Of a stretch of DNA of 33,192 bases, positions 1-11,500 are shown piece after piece. The stretch is from the NCBI RefSeq assembly GCF_001194135.2, contig NC_068983.1, positions 144,705,524-144,738,715 of the forward strand. The letters run 5' to 3'. The notes under the pieces were generated by a model. The model saw only the letters and a program-made list of their open reading frames with translations. It made no database searches and was not told where the DNA came from. Within the stretch, counting starts at the first letter, position 1. Every line of letters begins with the position of its first letter. This stretch comes from Octopus bimaculoides. Lineage: Eukaryota. The translations under genes and the position numbers were made by a program.

Positions 1-47
1 TATATATATATACATATATATATGTATGCGCGCGCGCGTGTGTGTGT
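1..47. repeat. compound (TA)n/(CG)n/(TG)n microsatellite
   Basis: Directly visible. Confidence 0.9.
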
Positions 48-405
48 AATAATTAATGTAGGCACCACTTTAGTAGTGTGTTACCACAAAGGAAAACTAT
101 AATTGTCATTAGATAGGACTGAGGGAGTTTGAACGCCTACAATGCAAGAAACGAGAGCTAATTCGCTTTAATGCTGCAGTCACAGCACATAATTGTATAC
201 ATACATACTGACATCGACAGTAATTGCCTGAAAGCAGCAGTCGAAATATCACTATAGTGACCGGACAATTTCAGCCTTTCATCGTGGCTTCTTCAGTAGG
301 CTCAGCTCGACTCAGCTGATCTCGGACAAAATCGCCGTCAGTGTACATGTCTACACCATAGAAATTTATGGATGATATAGCGAATCGCTAATGTGTATAC
401 AAATA

Positions 406-1635
406 TTAGGTCATCAAGTATGAAATTTGTAGAAAAGAAAAAAAGTTTGCCGATGTTTTATAAATACAAGGTATAGTTTTATTCATGAAAGTATGCACCC
501 CTATTGTCAATACACTTTTGCCATTTCAGCGGTAGCTTGTCCTCTCCGGAACTGTAAAAGCCTGGCAATCTAGAGTCAATAAAATCTTCGAAGGCCTGTT
601 TCACAGTATCGTCGGAATTAGATTTTTTTCCTATCAAAAAGTTATCTAAATTCTGGAAGTCAGTGGGGTCAAGATCAGGTGAGTATGGTGGATGATGGAG
701 AACTTCCAACTCCGACTCCGGTAGTTTCGCCAATGTCATTTTTCCGATGTGTGGTCTGGCGTTGTTTTGCAATAAAATAGGAGTGGATCTGTTGACCAAT
801 CTAGACAGTTTTTTTGTAAGTTTCTGCATCATTTGGTCCAATTGGCTGCAGTATACTTCTGGCCGTGATTGATGAGGCAGGTTTAATGAAATCACACCTG
901 CGCCCGACCACCAAATACACACCATCAGCTTCTTTTGTTGAATTTTGCTTTTTGGACTGTGTTTTGGTGATTCGTCTTTGTCGAACCATTGTGGTGAACG
1001 TTTACAGTTGTTGTATTGGATCCATTTCTCATTATATGTTATACTTTGATTCAAAAATGGTTCATTTTTGTGACGCGAATGTAGTATAAGGCAGACTTCC
1101 AAACGTTGCTGTTTCTGATTTTCATTGAGTTCATGTGAAACCCAGTTATCCAACTTTTTCACTTTACCGATTTGAACTAGGTGAGTCAATATTGTTTCTT
1201 TGCTAACACCATACAACAACAATAAATCACGGGCACTTTGAGATAGATTTGATTCAACGGTGGCTTTCAGTTCGTAATTATCCACTTTTGTTTCTGGTCG
1301 ACCGCGTTGCTCATCTGTGAGGTCAAAGTTACCAGAACGAAATTTTGCAAACCAATTTGATACTGTCTATTCCGAGCTGTCTGGGATGCTGTATTTCCAA
1401 GAAAGAACTCATATTTCAAAACTGCACGAATTTCCGACTTCTCCATCTCTTAACAAAAATAGTAAAAAAGATTTATAATTACTTTATAAAGCGAAAAACG
1501 AGATAGAATAAATAAATAGATGTGTCAGCTTTCTAACAATAAATAAAGATTATCAAAATATAATAATGGCGCAAAATGAGTAGCTGTCAAAGTTTACCAT
1601 ATACCTTACGACAAATTTCATACTTGACGACCTAA
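406..1635 (-). mobile_element. Tc1/mariner DNA transposon (Hsmar1/cecropia-like), near full length, decayed
   Basis: Terminal inverted repeats at 406-430 (TTAGGTCATCAAGTATGAAATTTGT) and 1611-1635 (reverse complement TTAGGTCGTCAAGTATGAAATTTGT) match at 24/25. TA flanks both ends (404-405, 1636-1637). The 1230 bp element encloses a transposase frame. Confidence 0.95.
479..1446 (-). pseudogene. mariner DD34D-type transposase pseudogene
   Basis: ATG at 1446 gives MEKSEIRAVLKYEF..ASQTARN. A frameshifting deletion near 1367 follows, then an open frame 1366-479 with WFAKFRSG, GRP, IGKVKKLDNWVSHEL (WVPHEL), TYNEKW (TxDEKW), LQNNARPH (HDNARPH), HPPYSPDLDPTD and WQKCIDNRGAYF. Two catalytic Asp positions read Asn. 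Confidence 0.92.
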
Positions 1636-1698
1636 TAATCAATGTAGGCAGCTGTTTAGTAATGTTACCATATATATGAACAGGGCGAGCGAGCGAGC

Positions 1699-1746
<48 letters not shown>

Positions 1747-1750
1747 GAGG
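1699..1750. repeat. (GA)n microsatellite running into (GGA)n
   Basis: Directly visible. Confidence 0.95.
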
Positions 1751-3540
1751 AAGGGATGGGAAGAGTAGCATTGAGCAGCATTGAGACTTGAGTTCAGGTT
1801 TTATAAATTAAAACAGAAGCTAAACACAATCAAAATAATAATATTGTCTAGAAGAAGATTGAAAAGATTATCAAAAAACAAAGGATATCGAAAATAAAAT
1901 AAACAGCGTATGCAGCCTGGAATTGAAGAGTGCCAATAATACCTGTAGCACAGCAATAGCCACGATAGGGTAGAACTTGAAGGAAATTTTTTAAAAAAAG
2001 CACGCAGTCTAAACAAAGTCAACAATAATCCTGTCAGGCACAGTACAAATCCTGCGCGAGAAACTTACTATTTATTAACACAAGCCACACTGTGCAGTTT
2101 CTGCATAACCCGCATTATACATAATCGTACATAATCGACACCCGGCACTATCACACACTCAGCATACCACCAACAATTCATGTAACTCATATTCTACTCA
2201 GTTATCACCGAGCGAAGTCTTCTCTTTCAACTCTCTTGTAATATTTTTAATGACATTTTATATACAAAAATACGAGATGGTTCCAACTGGGCGGTTATCA
2301 TTATAACTAGGAAATAAACAGCAACAAAAACAATAACAAGAACAAGTACAATGACAAATCAACAACTACAACTGTAAGTAGATGCCCTTAACAGAGCCAA
2401 TTCTGCATACTGAATACTCGACATATAAAGATATAACTAACTCCGGCTTGACTATAAATCAGGCTTGACTGGGTCAGCAGATGGAACAGAATTACCAATG
2501 CTAGAGTAGAACAGAACCTGCCATATCGAGAGATATATCAAGAATATCTACATTATTCTTGCAAAACAAAGTGAATATTACTTGTATGACGTCTTTTGGA
2601 GGAAACTATCTAATTAAAAACAAACAAAAAAGAAACGTAATGTTTTAGATAATAGCAATATAATTGAACAAAGTTTAATATTCAGACAAAGCACCAGAAT
2701 GCATATAAAGAGCTTGAAATAATCCTGTAGTCCAAACGCAGCAGTGATATATTAATAAGAAGACTAAATGCAATCACGAATGATTATAATGCACAAGAGT
2801 GAGCTGAAAAGGAATTACATTGATTGAACTAATTAAACATATTAAGGCTAATTAGTTTCCTATGAGGCGTTATTGCAAATAGGATTATAATCTTTTGGAC
2901 TATTTACCTCCTCTTTAAAGATAACATTCTATATTTTTAATAATGTTAAAGATAATGAAAACTTCATTGTTTACGTCTACATACATTTTGATCTCTCATC
3001 CTCATCTGATGTCTTATTTGTAGATGTGTACATAGTACCAGTCTACAATTAAAGGTAATGGCGTTTATAACCACTAAGCCGTTCACGTCTAAAGAATCAA
3101 TATTTATATCGTCGGTCATTATATTTATCAGGTTGATAACATAGTCATACTGAGTTGATCAGCTTATGTCTAAGTCTTAATCATAAATAGCTTCTTTGAT
3201 TTTTTTTCTAGTTCCACTACTTTATCTACTATTTACAGATGTTTCATTTCATAGCTGTATGTGATTACCTTCCTTGCTTGGTATGCGCTACACCAGTCTT
3301 CTTTTTCTTCTATTTCTTCTATTTCTTCTATTTCTTCAGTCTTCTATTTCTTGTTTTTCGATGTTTCTCTCTTTAATGATTTCCCTCTCTTTAAGACTTT
3401 TCACAAAGGCATAGTATAGTATATAATGGGCACGTCAAAAAGCATATAATAGATACAGACATATTAGTACTCTGGCCGGATAAAATACCTAAAATCCAAA
3501 GTCAAATGACGTAAGACGGAATCCAGGTAAGCTGATGAAT

Positions 3541-3813
3541 GAAGGCACGTGGCTTAGTGGTTTGAATATACCGTTCATGATCGTAAGGCCATGAGTGCGA
3601 TTCCTTTATGAAGACACTTTATTTCACGTTGATCCAGTCCACTCAGCTGGAAAATATGAGTAGTACTTGCATTTCAAGGGGCAAACCTTGTCACATTCTG
3701 CATCACGTTGAATCTCCATTAGAACTACGTCATGGTTATACGTGTCTGTAGAGTGCTGATGTTTCGTTAATTGGATCAGCGCTAAGTCTCGTAGATGTAA
3801 CAGACGGAATGAC
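3541..3813 (+). mobile_element. tRNA-derived SINE
   Basis: A-box-like TGGCTTAGTGG at 3550-3560 and degenerate B-box GAGTGCGATTCC. The body (AAGACACTTTATTTCACGTTG..CCAGTCCACTCAGCTG..ATGAGTA) resembles an abundant octopus SINE as I recall it. Confidence 0.75.
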
Positions 3814-5764
3814 AGTATAAGCCGAAGACGGCGTAGGTGAGACTATTAATTAAATTTGTGTTACTGAATATACATTTCCCAATACTAATTTACGTCATGT
3901 ATATGTATGCATACTACACACTACTGCGCTTACTGATCAGCTAACCTGAGAAACAGCTATAAATATGACCGAATGTTCCTCTTTGGTATTTGTGTATTAG
4001 ATTATGCATTCTCCTTACCTATCTATGAAGAATTGCTATGGAAGATTACATAGATTCTCCTCATTTTTATCTGTGATATTAGAGATGAACTTTCCGAATG
4101 TTACATATGTAGTTCATATGCTTTAACACCATCTGTACGTGTAAACTTCAAAAAAGCAATCTACTAAGTTTGATGCTGCATTTGAACGATGTTTTGATAT
4201 GATGCAATGTCTATTTTTTTTGTTTAGATAAATACGTGCAGAAAGGTATAGACAGAGTAGGGTTTGATATAATCTGTCTTTTGTGCTTAAAAATGGCAGT
4301 GAAATGGAACGAATGAATAATAAACAAGATGTTTGTTATTTAAGAATGTATTATGCAGTGAATTAATTTCTTTTACGTAGACTGAATCAAATTAATAGTG
4401 AATTTTGTTTTCCCGATGTTGTCAGACTTCTCTATTTTCCTTCTCTATCGCAAATACAAAGGTGTTCTTTCTTTGCATGACACGAATATTGCGATTCATA
4501 GTTTGAGTGAGGGTTCCAGAGTCGATTTGATTTTCCATTCACAGTTCCTCTTCCACTATCTTCTGTCCATCGTAATAACAGGACTTTAATGAAATGAATT
4601 TGATAATTGTTTTTTTATATCTTTTCTGGTCTAAAGTAGAATAACGCATACGGAAAAGTCGTGTGGTTGACATGACGTTTAGTGCTATCAGAGTGTACGC
4701 CGGCATGATTCACATATTTTAGAGGATTTCTGTTGTACGTTCACATGCTAAGTCAATGAAATTCACTATGTAGAGATATCATTAGTAGAATATCAATATA
4801 GAATGGACTAAGCACAATTAAGCATATAAATGAATGAATGAATGAATGAATAGATAAATAATAAATGAATAAATGGACTAACTGCATTCTGTATATCCTG
4901 TTTAACGTAGATATGCAGTAAGAATGCCAAAATACTGCGATATTTGTGTTGAGAAAACATCACGTATTGACATATAGTGTTATAAACCACAGAAGTATCG
5001 GCAGCAGATGAAAAGTTTCAGCAGTGGCGGTGGAGTTGTTAGATTCGGGATTTCTGCGTATTTGCGCGTCACCGGTAGCAAGTATCCACAGTCAAATTTC
5101 ATACTTAGACAAATACTCATATTTTTTTTTAGTTTCGCTATGAAACCAATCTTACGAAGCCTTAGTATGAGATTCCAATTAACATATTTCGTTCCTATTC
5201 TTCAATTTATCAGCTTTCGCTCACCACACTTTACAAACTGCAAATTATTAGCAGAAGGTTTCTTATTAAAATACAAATCAAATCTTAGACACAACTCATT
5301 CTAAGTGTAATGCATACTCGAAGATGGTAATAAATTACTAATGATACTCATGACGACAAAACTATTTTCCCACTCGTTAGCAAATTTCACTTTTGACTGA
5401 TTTTAATTAGTGTCAATACATCCATAATATCATTAGGTATTTTGTGTGTTCAACGAGGATACGTTATATTTCTAATGACTCTGACAACTAATAATTACTA
5501 TACGGCTATTAGCAGTAATAATGTCCGATGCAACGGCAATTATGCACTATGCTGTCATATCATGACAACGTGTGCGTGTTTATTTCGAAGAAAGTCTTGC
5601 GTGTATTGATACAATAAAGCAAAAAGCAACATGTTGTTCATATACATACTTATCACACATAAAACGCACACACAGAGATACACACATACACAGAGGTGTG
5701 TGTGCATTGACATTTATGCCTGTGTAAGTGCGAGTGTGCGTGTGTTGGTGTTTGCGTATAAAGG

Positions 5765-5900
5765 AAGCCAGTTTGCTGCGTCTTTAGAATGTCGAATAGA
5801 TTGCTTTCTGCAAACTGTTCAGGCTAGCTGCACTCTGAGTTCGAATCCCACCGAGATCAACTTTGTTTCTTATGCTCACTGGACTCAATACATTAACAAC
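5765..5900 (+). mobile_element. degenerate tRNA-type SINE remnant
   Basis: B-box GAGTTCGAATCCC at 5837-5849, followed by CGAGATCAACTTTG similar to the body of the SINE at 25257. Confidence 0.45.
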
Positions 5901-6067
5901 CTTACAATGGAGTCCATTCTCCTTTTCTGTCAAACTTTCTTTGTCTGTCTGTCTCACACACTTTACAGAAGAAATTGGTTTTGGTCAAACTGGAGAAGCG
6001 TAAGTTCAGCACGATACAACCTACCTAACGACAGAGTCTTGCTACTCCATCATATGAGGGCCAAGGG

Positions 6068-6098
<31 letters not shown>

Positions 6099-6351
6099 TG
6101 CGCGCGCTTGTATGTGTGTGTGAGTGTGTGTCTCGTAGTTGAGTTTGATGGCTTCAGTTGACGCATTTTAATGAAAGGTACGTATCGGTTGGTGATATCA
6201 AAGCATATGTCTAGGATTTGTGCCCAAGAGGGTGATACATCTGTGAGATGTCACTTCAGTAATAAAGATGCCAGCTCGTTTCCAGATTTTTAACTTTGAT
6301 ATTGTTTGTTTCGTGGAATTGTGCTACAAGTTAACAATAGGAGCAGTGTCG

Positions 6352-6352
<1 letters not shown>

Positions 6353-6412
<60 letters not shown>

Positions 6413-6438
6413 TGTTGTTGTTGTTGTAGCAGCAGCAG
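6353..6438. repeat. compound (AGT)n(GTT)n(GCA)n trinucleotide repeat
   Basis: Directly visible. Confidence 0.95.
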
Positions 6439-7536
6439 TAGTGATTGTTGTTACTGTTGTATAGCCCTAAATCAGGCGTAACCATCACGTCTTTTCCCTA
6501 GGTACAGGAAATTGGGGATCTCATTGTCCAATGCCTTGCTTCCTAAGACAATCGGGCGTGAGTTTATTGAATTCTTGGTTCCTATTTCTACCTGATCTAG
6601 TGACTACTCTTATGCTCCAACGGTGGTTTCGTGGTACGAATAGCTGTACTTGTTGATTGTAGATGTCACGAATTTTTGGCACGGTGTGAAAGATGGAGTA
6701 GTGAATTTTTCTATTTCTTATTTATTCATATTTTATATTTCAATTGTTTATTTATTATTTTGTTTTCGATAGAGAAAGGGAACGAATACAAGTTCTCGGT
6801 AGATTGTTGGTTTCTACTTTGCATGTAACAGTCCATTAATGTGCTTCTTGAAAGCAATTTTTCAAAACTATTTGACAGATTTCTTTACTTCCTGTTGAAG
6901 AGTGCTCACATTATCTGATATTGTGATGTGGCCATTGCTAGAGTTGTTGACGTTACTAATTATTTTCTATAGTGTTTCGCTTTTTAGTGGATTATACTGC
7001 ATGAAAATGTTTGCTAAGCTTCTGTTCATGTCAATGGTGTATTTTATTGATTCAATATTTAGTTGTTTGATGCTGAGTTTTATTGCTTTTTGCAAGAATT
7101 GTTGATGTGTTATGTTTAAGGCAATAGTTAGCTTTTATCAAGTCGCGTATTTAACTCTTGTATTTGGTATATTTATGTTACCTTATGGGACATGTTTCGT
7201 GGGCAGGCTACATATAAGACCGTATTATTCAGAAGCTTCCAATTTTGCTTGTAATTAGGAAAATTCGATGATGGCGAATGTGTGTTCGTAGTGGTATCAC
7301 GACTTAGTGCCAGGGGTGAGATTTCAAAAATGCTTCTTCCTTTATCTGGAGTTAGCGTGGATATATGTATGTTGGACTTTTGTGTGTGGGTATGTGCGTG
7401 TAAAACCAGTGGCTGCATTATACGAGAGCTTTCTGTTGACAAAGCTCTCTTGTTTGAAAAGGGCGGCTAAAAAGCCCAAGCGTAGACATTTTGTTGCCGG
7501 TTATTGCACACATTATATGTGTATGTGTATACATTT

Positions 7537-7537
<1 letters not shown>

Positions 7538-7577
<40 letters not shown>
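7538..7577. repeat. (GT)n microsatellite
   Basis: Directly visible. Confidence 0.95.
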
Positions 7578-7583
<6 letters not shown>

Positions 7584-8736
7584 CGCATGTGTACAAACAT
7601 ACACGCATACATATAAAATATATGCTCTGAAAAGCACAGCACGTAGCCGAAAGTCAGGGCTCAATAGTAAGTGCGACCTTCCACTCCTGCATCCATTGCT
7701 GCTAGCCAGTGACATGAAACCACAGGATAAGATATTGCGCAAAGTACGGGACACATGAAGCTATTAATGAAATATAGGAAACATTTGATAATTTAAGCTT
7801 TATGAAACAGGCCTTTCAGTCAATCAACTGGTAGGATTATAGATTCCTATGCTTAGGCACTCTTTCACTGACATGAAATTCATGTACGCCATTTCACTTG
7901 CTGAATGTATCCTTAATTTGGGCATTCGTATGATTACCTATAAATTGAAATAATCGGTACTGGAACACACCAGACCGCATCTAGAGGCATACTCCTTGCA
8001 GGTTATGTACGAGAAAACGGGAACCGGAGATTCTTTTTGCTAACAGTAGACAGGCATTCTTAGTGATCGTAGTGAATTGAGAATTTGCTGCACACACTCT
8101 AAGAGTAGAACTTTCCGAAATGTCAGACTGCGAACTACCTTACCTACAAGGCGGTACGCTAGAATATTCTGAGGAAGATGCGTTATTTGTTTGCCAGAGA
8201 GTAGGTCATTTTAATCTGATATTGTAATCCTGTTAATGAATTGACCATTAACGATCTTTACCTCTGATTAATGACAGTGGATGTTCGCACTTAACTGAAG
8301 GTCTTGTGACTATCATTATTGTCAATATTATTGTACTGTGACTGGTATTCTTGTTGGTGTGGTTGTTATCGTTGCTGCTGTTATTATTGTAACCATTGAG
8401 TCTACACGGCTCCAAGGTTATCTAGTGTTTCTCTTCTCTCTGTTGGGTATATGTGTAAGTAAACATTTGCGAATGTGACGGAGCGTGCGCGAATGCGTAT
8501 GAGTGCGTAAAAGAGTGTACGAGTGTGTATCTGTATCTCTCTATACAGTATGAAGCAGGGTGGCCTCCACTACATTTCCTGTATTTAATTTACTATCAAT
8601 TTTCCCCGTTCTACAAACCGTTGCCATGTATTCTCCTACTCTATTGGGAAGAATGGAAAAGTCTCTTACATTTCGAGCATACGCTCCTCGACAGAAAGGA
8701 TTAAAAGGGAAAAGAAAGCAAAAATATGGAGATATA

Positions 8737-8738
8737 AT

Positions 8739-8773
<35 letters not shown>

Positions 8774-8783
8774 NNNNNNNNNN

Positions 8784-8817
<34 letters not shown>
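8737..8817. repeat. (GATA)n microsatellite interrupted by a 10-N gap (8774-8783)
   Basis: Directly visible. Confidence 0.95.
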
Positions 8818-8818
<1 letters not shown>

Positions 8819-8846
8819 CATATGGATGTATTTATACATATAAATA

Positions 8847-9158
8847 TACTTTTTATCTTTTACTTGTTTCAGTTAATAAACTGAAGCCATGCTGGGGCAC
8901 CGCCTTTAAGAATTTTTAGTCCAACAAATCGGCCCCATTGCTTAAATTGTTTGCTAATCCTGGTATTTGTTCTATCGAATATTTTTGACCAACCATTAAG
9001 TTACGGAGTCGTTTACCCACCAACGCTGGTTGTTAAGCGGTAGTAGATGACAAACACAGATACCGATGATACACACACACATAAGTGGCAAGGAGTGGAA
9101 CTGAACCCGGTATCATATAGTTATGAAGCAAGCTTCTTACCACGCACCTATGCCTGAC
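8847..9158 (-). mobile_element. tRNA-headed SINE, diverged copy
   Basis: The minus strand has a tRNA-like head with B-box GGTTCAGTTCC near 9095-9105. The body (GCCATGCTGGGGCACCGCCTTTA, AAGTTACGG) is the reverse complement of the copy at 9930-10135. Confidence 0.75.
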
Positions 9159-9177
9159 GCATATATATATATATATA

Positions 9178-9651
9178 NNNNNNNNNNNNNNNNNNNNNNN
9201 NNNNNNNNNNNNNNNNNNNNNNNNNNNNNNNNNNNNNNNNNNNNNNNNNNNNNNNNNNNNNNNNNNNNNNNNNNNNNNNNNNNNNNNNNNNNNNNNNNNN
9301 NNNNNNNNNNNNNNNNNNNNNNNNNNNNNNNNNNNNNNNNNNNNNNNNNNNNNNNNNNNNNNNNNNNNNNNNNNNNNNNNNNNNNNNNNNNNNNNNNNNN
9401 NNNNNNNNNNNNNNNNNNNNNNNNNNNNNNNNNNNNNNNNNNNNNNNNNNNNNNNNNNNNNNNNNNNNNNNNNNNNNNNNNNNNNNNNNNNNNNNNNNNN
9501 NNNNNNNNNNNNNNNNNNNNNNNNNNNNNNNNNNNNNNNNNNNNNNNNNNNNNNNNNNNNNNNNNNNNNNNNNNNNNNNNNNNNNNNNNNNNNNNNNNNN
9601 NNNNNNNNNNNNNNNNNNNNNNNNNNNNNNNNNNNNNNNNNNNNNNNNNNN
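9178..9651. other. assembly gap (474 N)
   Basis: Run of N. The X-rich ORFs here are artefacts. Confidence 1.
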
Positions 9652-10146
9652 GTGGATTTGGTAGACGGAAACTGAAAGAAGCTCGTCGTATACATGTATA
9701 TATATATATAAACAATATATGAGTATATGCATATATATGTACATGTATGTACATGTATGTACATACCTTCATCTACATGTACATATAAGATACATAACTG
9801 GGTACATGACGTGGCAAAAGAACATGGACAAAATGATAAACAAGGTACAACAAACAAGCAAGCCACATGGAAACATCTTCTTCATCAGCTGCCACCATTA
9901 AAACACCGGTGTTTCGAAGGAATGTGTTTGAGTCTGTGTTTGTCCCCCCCCCCCACCAACGCTTGACAACCGATGGTGGTATGTTTACGTCCCCGTAACT
10001 TAGCGGTTCGGCAAAAGAGACCGATAGAATAAGTACTAGGCTTCCAAAGAATAAGTCCTGGGGTCGATTTGCTCGACTAAAGGCGGTGCTCCAGCATGGC
10101 CGCAGTCAAATGACTGAAACAGGTAAAGAGAGTAAAAAAAAAAAAA
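9652..10146 (+). mobile_element. SINE of the same family as 8847-9158 (head probably in the gap), with extra sequence at ~9790-9925
   Basis: GTGGATTTGGTAGACGGAAACTGAAAGAAGC, then TTGACAACCGATG..CCCCGTAACTTAGCGGTTCGGCAAAAGAGACCGATAGAATAAGTACTAGGC..GGCGGTGCTCCAGCATGGCCGCAGTC, ending in an A-rich tail. Confidence 0.8.
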
Positions 10147-10154
10147 GAGGAGAT

Positions 10155-10339
10155 ATACATACAATTAGATTATTTGAGGTGGAATTATAAAGTATATAAA
10201 TCTTTATTATGAATCGTTATAGAGAATCAGTCAGTGATCAGCTCTGACGATACCGGCATTACTTTGAATCTCTATAATGATTCATAATAGAAATTTATAT
10301 ACTTCATAATTCCACCTCAAATGATCTAATTGTATGTAT
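10155..10339. repeat. long inverted repeat, MITE-like foldback
   Basis: 75 bp arms at 10155-10229 and 10265-10339, 69/75 complementary with no indels, 35 bp spacer. Confidence 0.9.
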
Positions 10340-10679
10340 TTATTTTTGCTCTTTTAAAAAAACGCCTTTATTTTTCATATCTAATGTGCATATTTTTATT
10401 AGGGTTGCGTGTTTGTTTGCGAGATTCATTATTAAAAAACCTAGTGGTATTATTGTAGCTTAAAAAGGAAGACGAAGCATGGTTATTTCCCTTTGACTGA
10501 GAATTTTTAGGATTACGCGGATTAGGAGAATGGTTATTTAGATGGAACTGGGTATTATTTGGAATATTGATAATCGTAGGTCAAGGTAAGTACTCTTGTC
10601 GTTATTGTATCCATTATTGCTACTATTGTTATTACAACTGTTATTGTTATTATTATAGTTGGGGGCCAACATGGTTTTA

Positions 10680-11500
10680 ATATTTAATCTGTTCCTTATA
10701 TCCTACATTATATAAAGCCGAGTTATAAAACTCAGCGTTACCATTGAAAACGGTTTCGTTGGTGAATAATATAGAAATTCTAAGTGATGTGTTTTAACTA
10801 AGATTTTGTTATATTTTTATGATGATTATTGAAGACACTGATGTATTTCAGCTTAGTAGAAGGTTTATGGTATGGGAAATACAAAGCTGTATTTAAGTTT
10901 AGAGTAAGAGCGAGGAAGTTAACCTTAGTTCTATCATCATCAAAGGAAATACTTAGGTCATATTACTAAAGAATTTGACTAAACCACGTCTAACTTTTTG
11001 TAGTTTTTGATTAGAGGAATTTTGTAGGTAAAATAGGCAATCATTACGATATAAGCCACCAAGTATATAGGAGAATTGTTCTTCAATTTCGGATAGAATA
11101 TAAATTCCGATCAAATCCGAAGCTTGAGCGGAGTCAGAACTTCCCATTGGAATATCGAAGCAATCAGGTCGATCTTTACGAATCCATAGTTTATTATCAA
11201 ATTGGATGATAGATGTTCTTGCCGCTAGGACAACGTTAATGTCGTCACCGGTTAGACCGGCCTTATTATGTGCGCACCATAGAGCGTTATTAAGGATGAT
11301 AGGATTGATAAAGGAATAATAGCTACAGATGTCGAACTGGATGAATTTAGTGTTTAGTTTATTTTCGATTGAGTTGAACCAGTCTACAATCTGGAAAGAG
11401 TTAGACCAAAGATGAAGTTTAATTATTTTCGTTAATGAGGGAATGTACTTATCCAGAATATTTTTTGTTAAGTATGCCGATATCCGATCTAGAAGGACAG
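10680..11500 (-). mobile_element. Penelope-like element reverse transcriptase remnant (PLE-1)
   Basis: The ORF track gives LWSNSFQIVDWF..KFIQFDICSYYSFI (motif A), FDIPMGSSDSAQASDLIG (motif B) and GGLYRND (YRDD decayed). After frameshifts the frame continues KVNFLALTL/NLNTALYFPYHKP and LRISILFTNETVFNGNAEFYNSALYNVGY (thumb and C-terminal region). It has stops and frameshifts. Confidence 0.85.

Noticed and set aside
3541-3605. tRNA-like A and B boxes
   Set aside because: They continue into a SINE body and show no cloverleaf, so this is not a tRNA gene.
6502-6557. Good-looking acceptor (CTTTTCCCTAG) and donor (GTGAGT) bracketing 56 bp
   Set aside because: The open frames encode nothing recognisable. 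Such site pairs are common by chance and RNA-seq would be needed.
8108-8226. DCELPYLQGGTLEYSEEDALFVCQRVGHF looks vaguely like a Sushi/CCP module
   Set aside because: Only two Cys precede a stop, the splice signals are poor and there is no partner exon.
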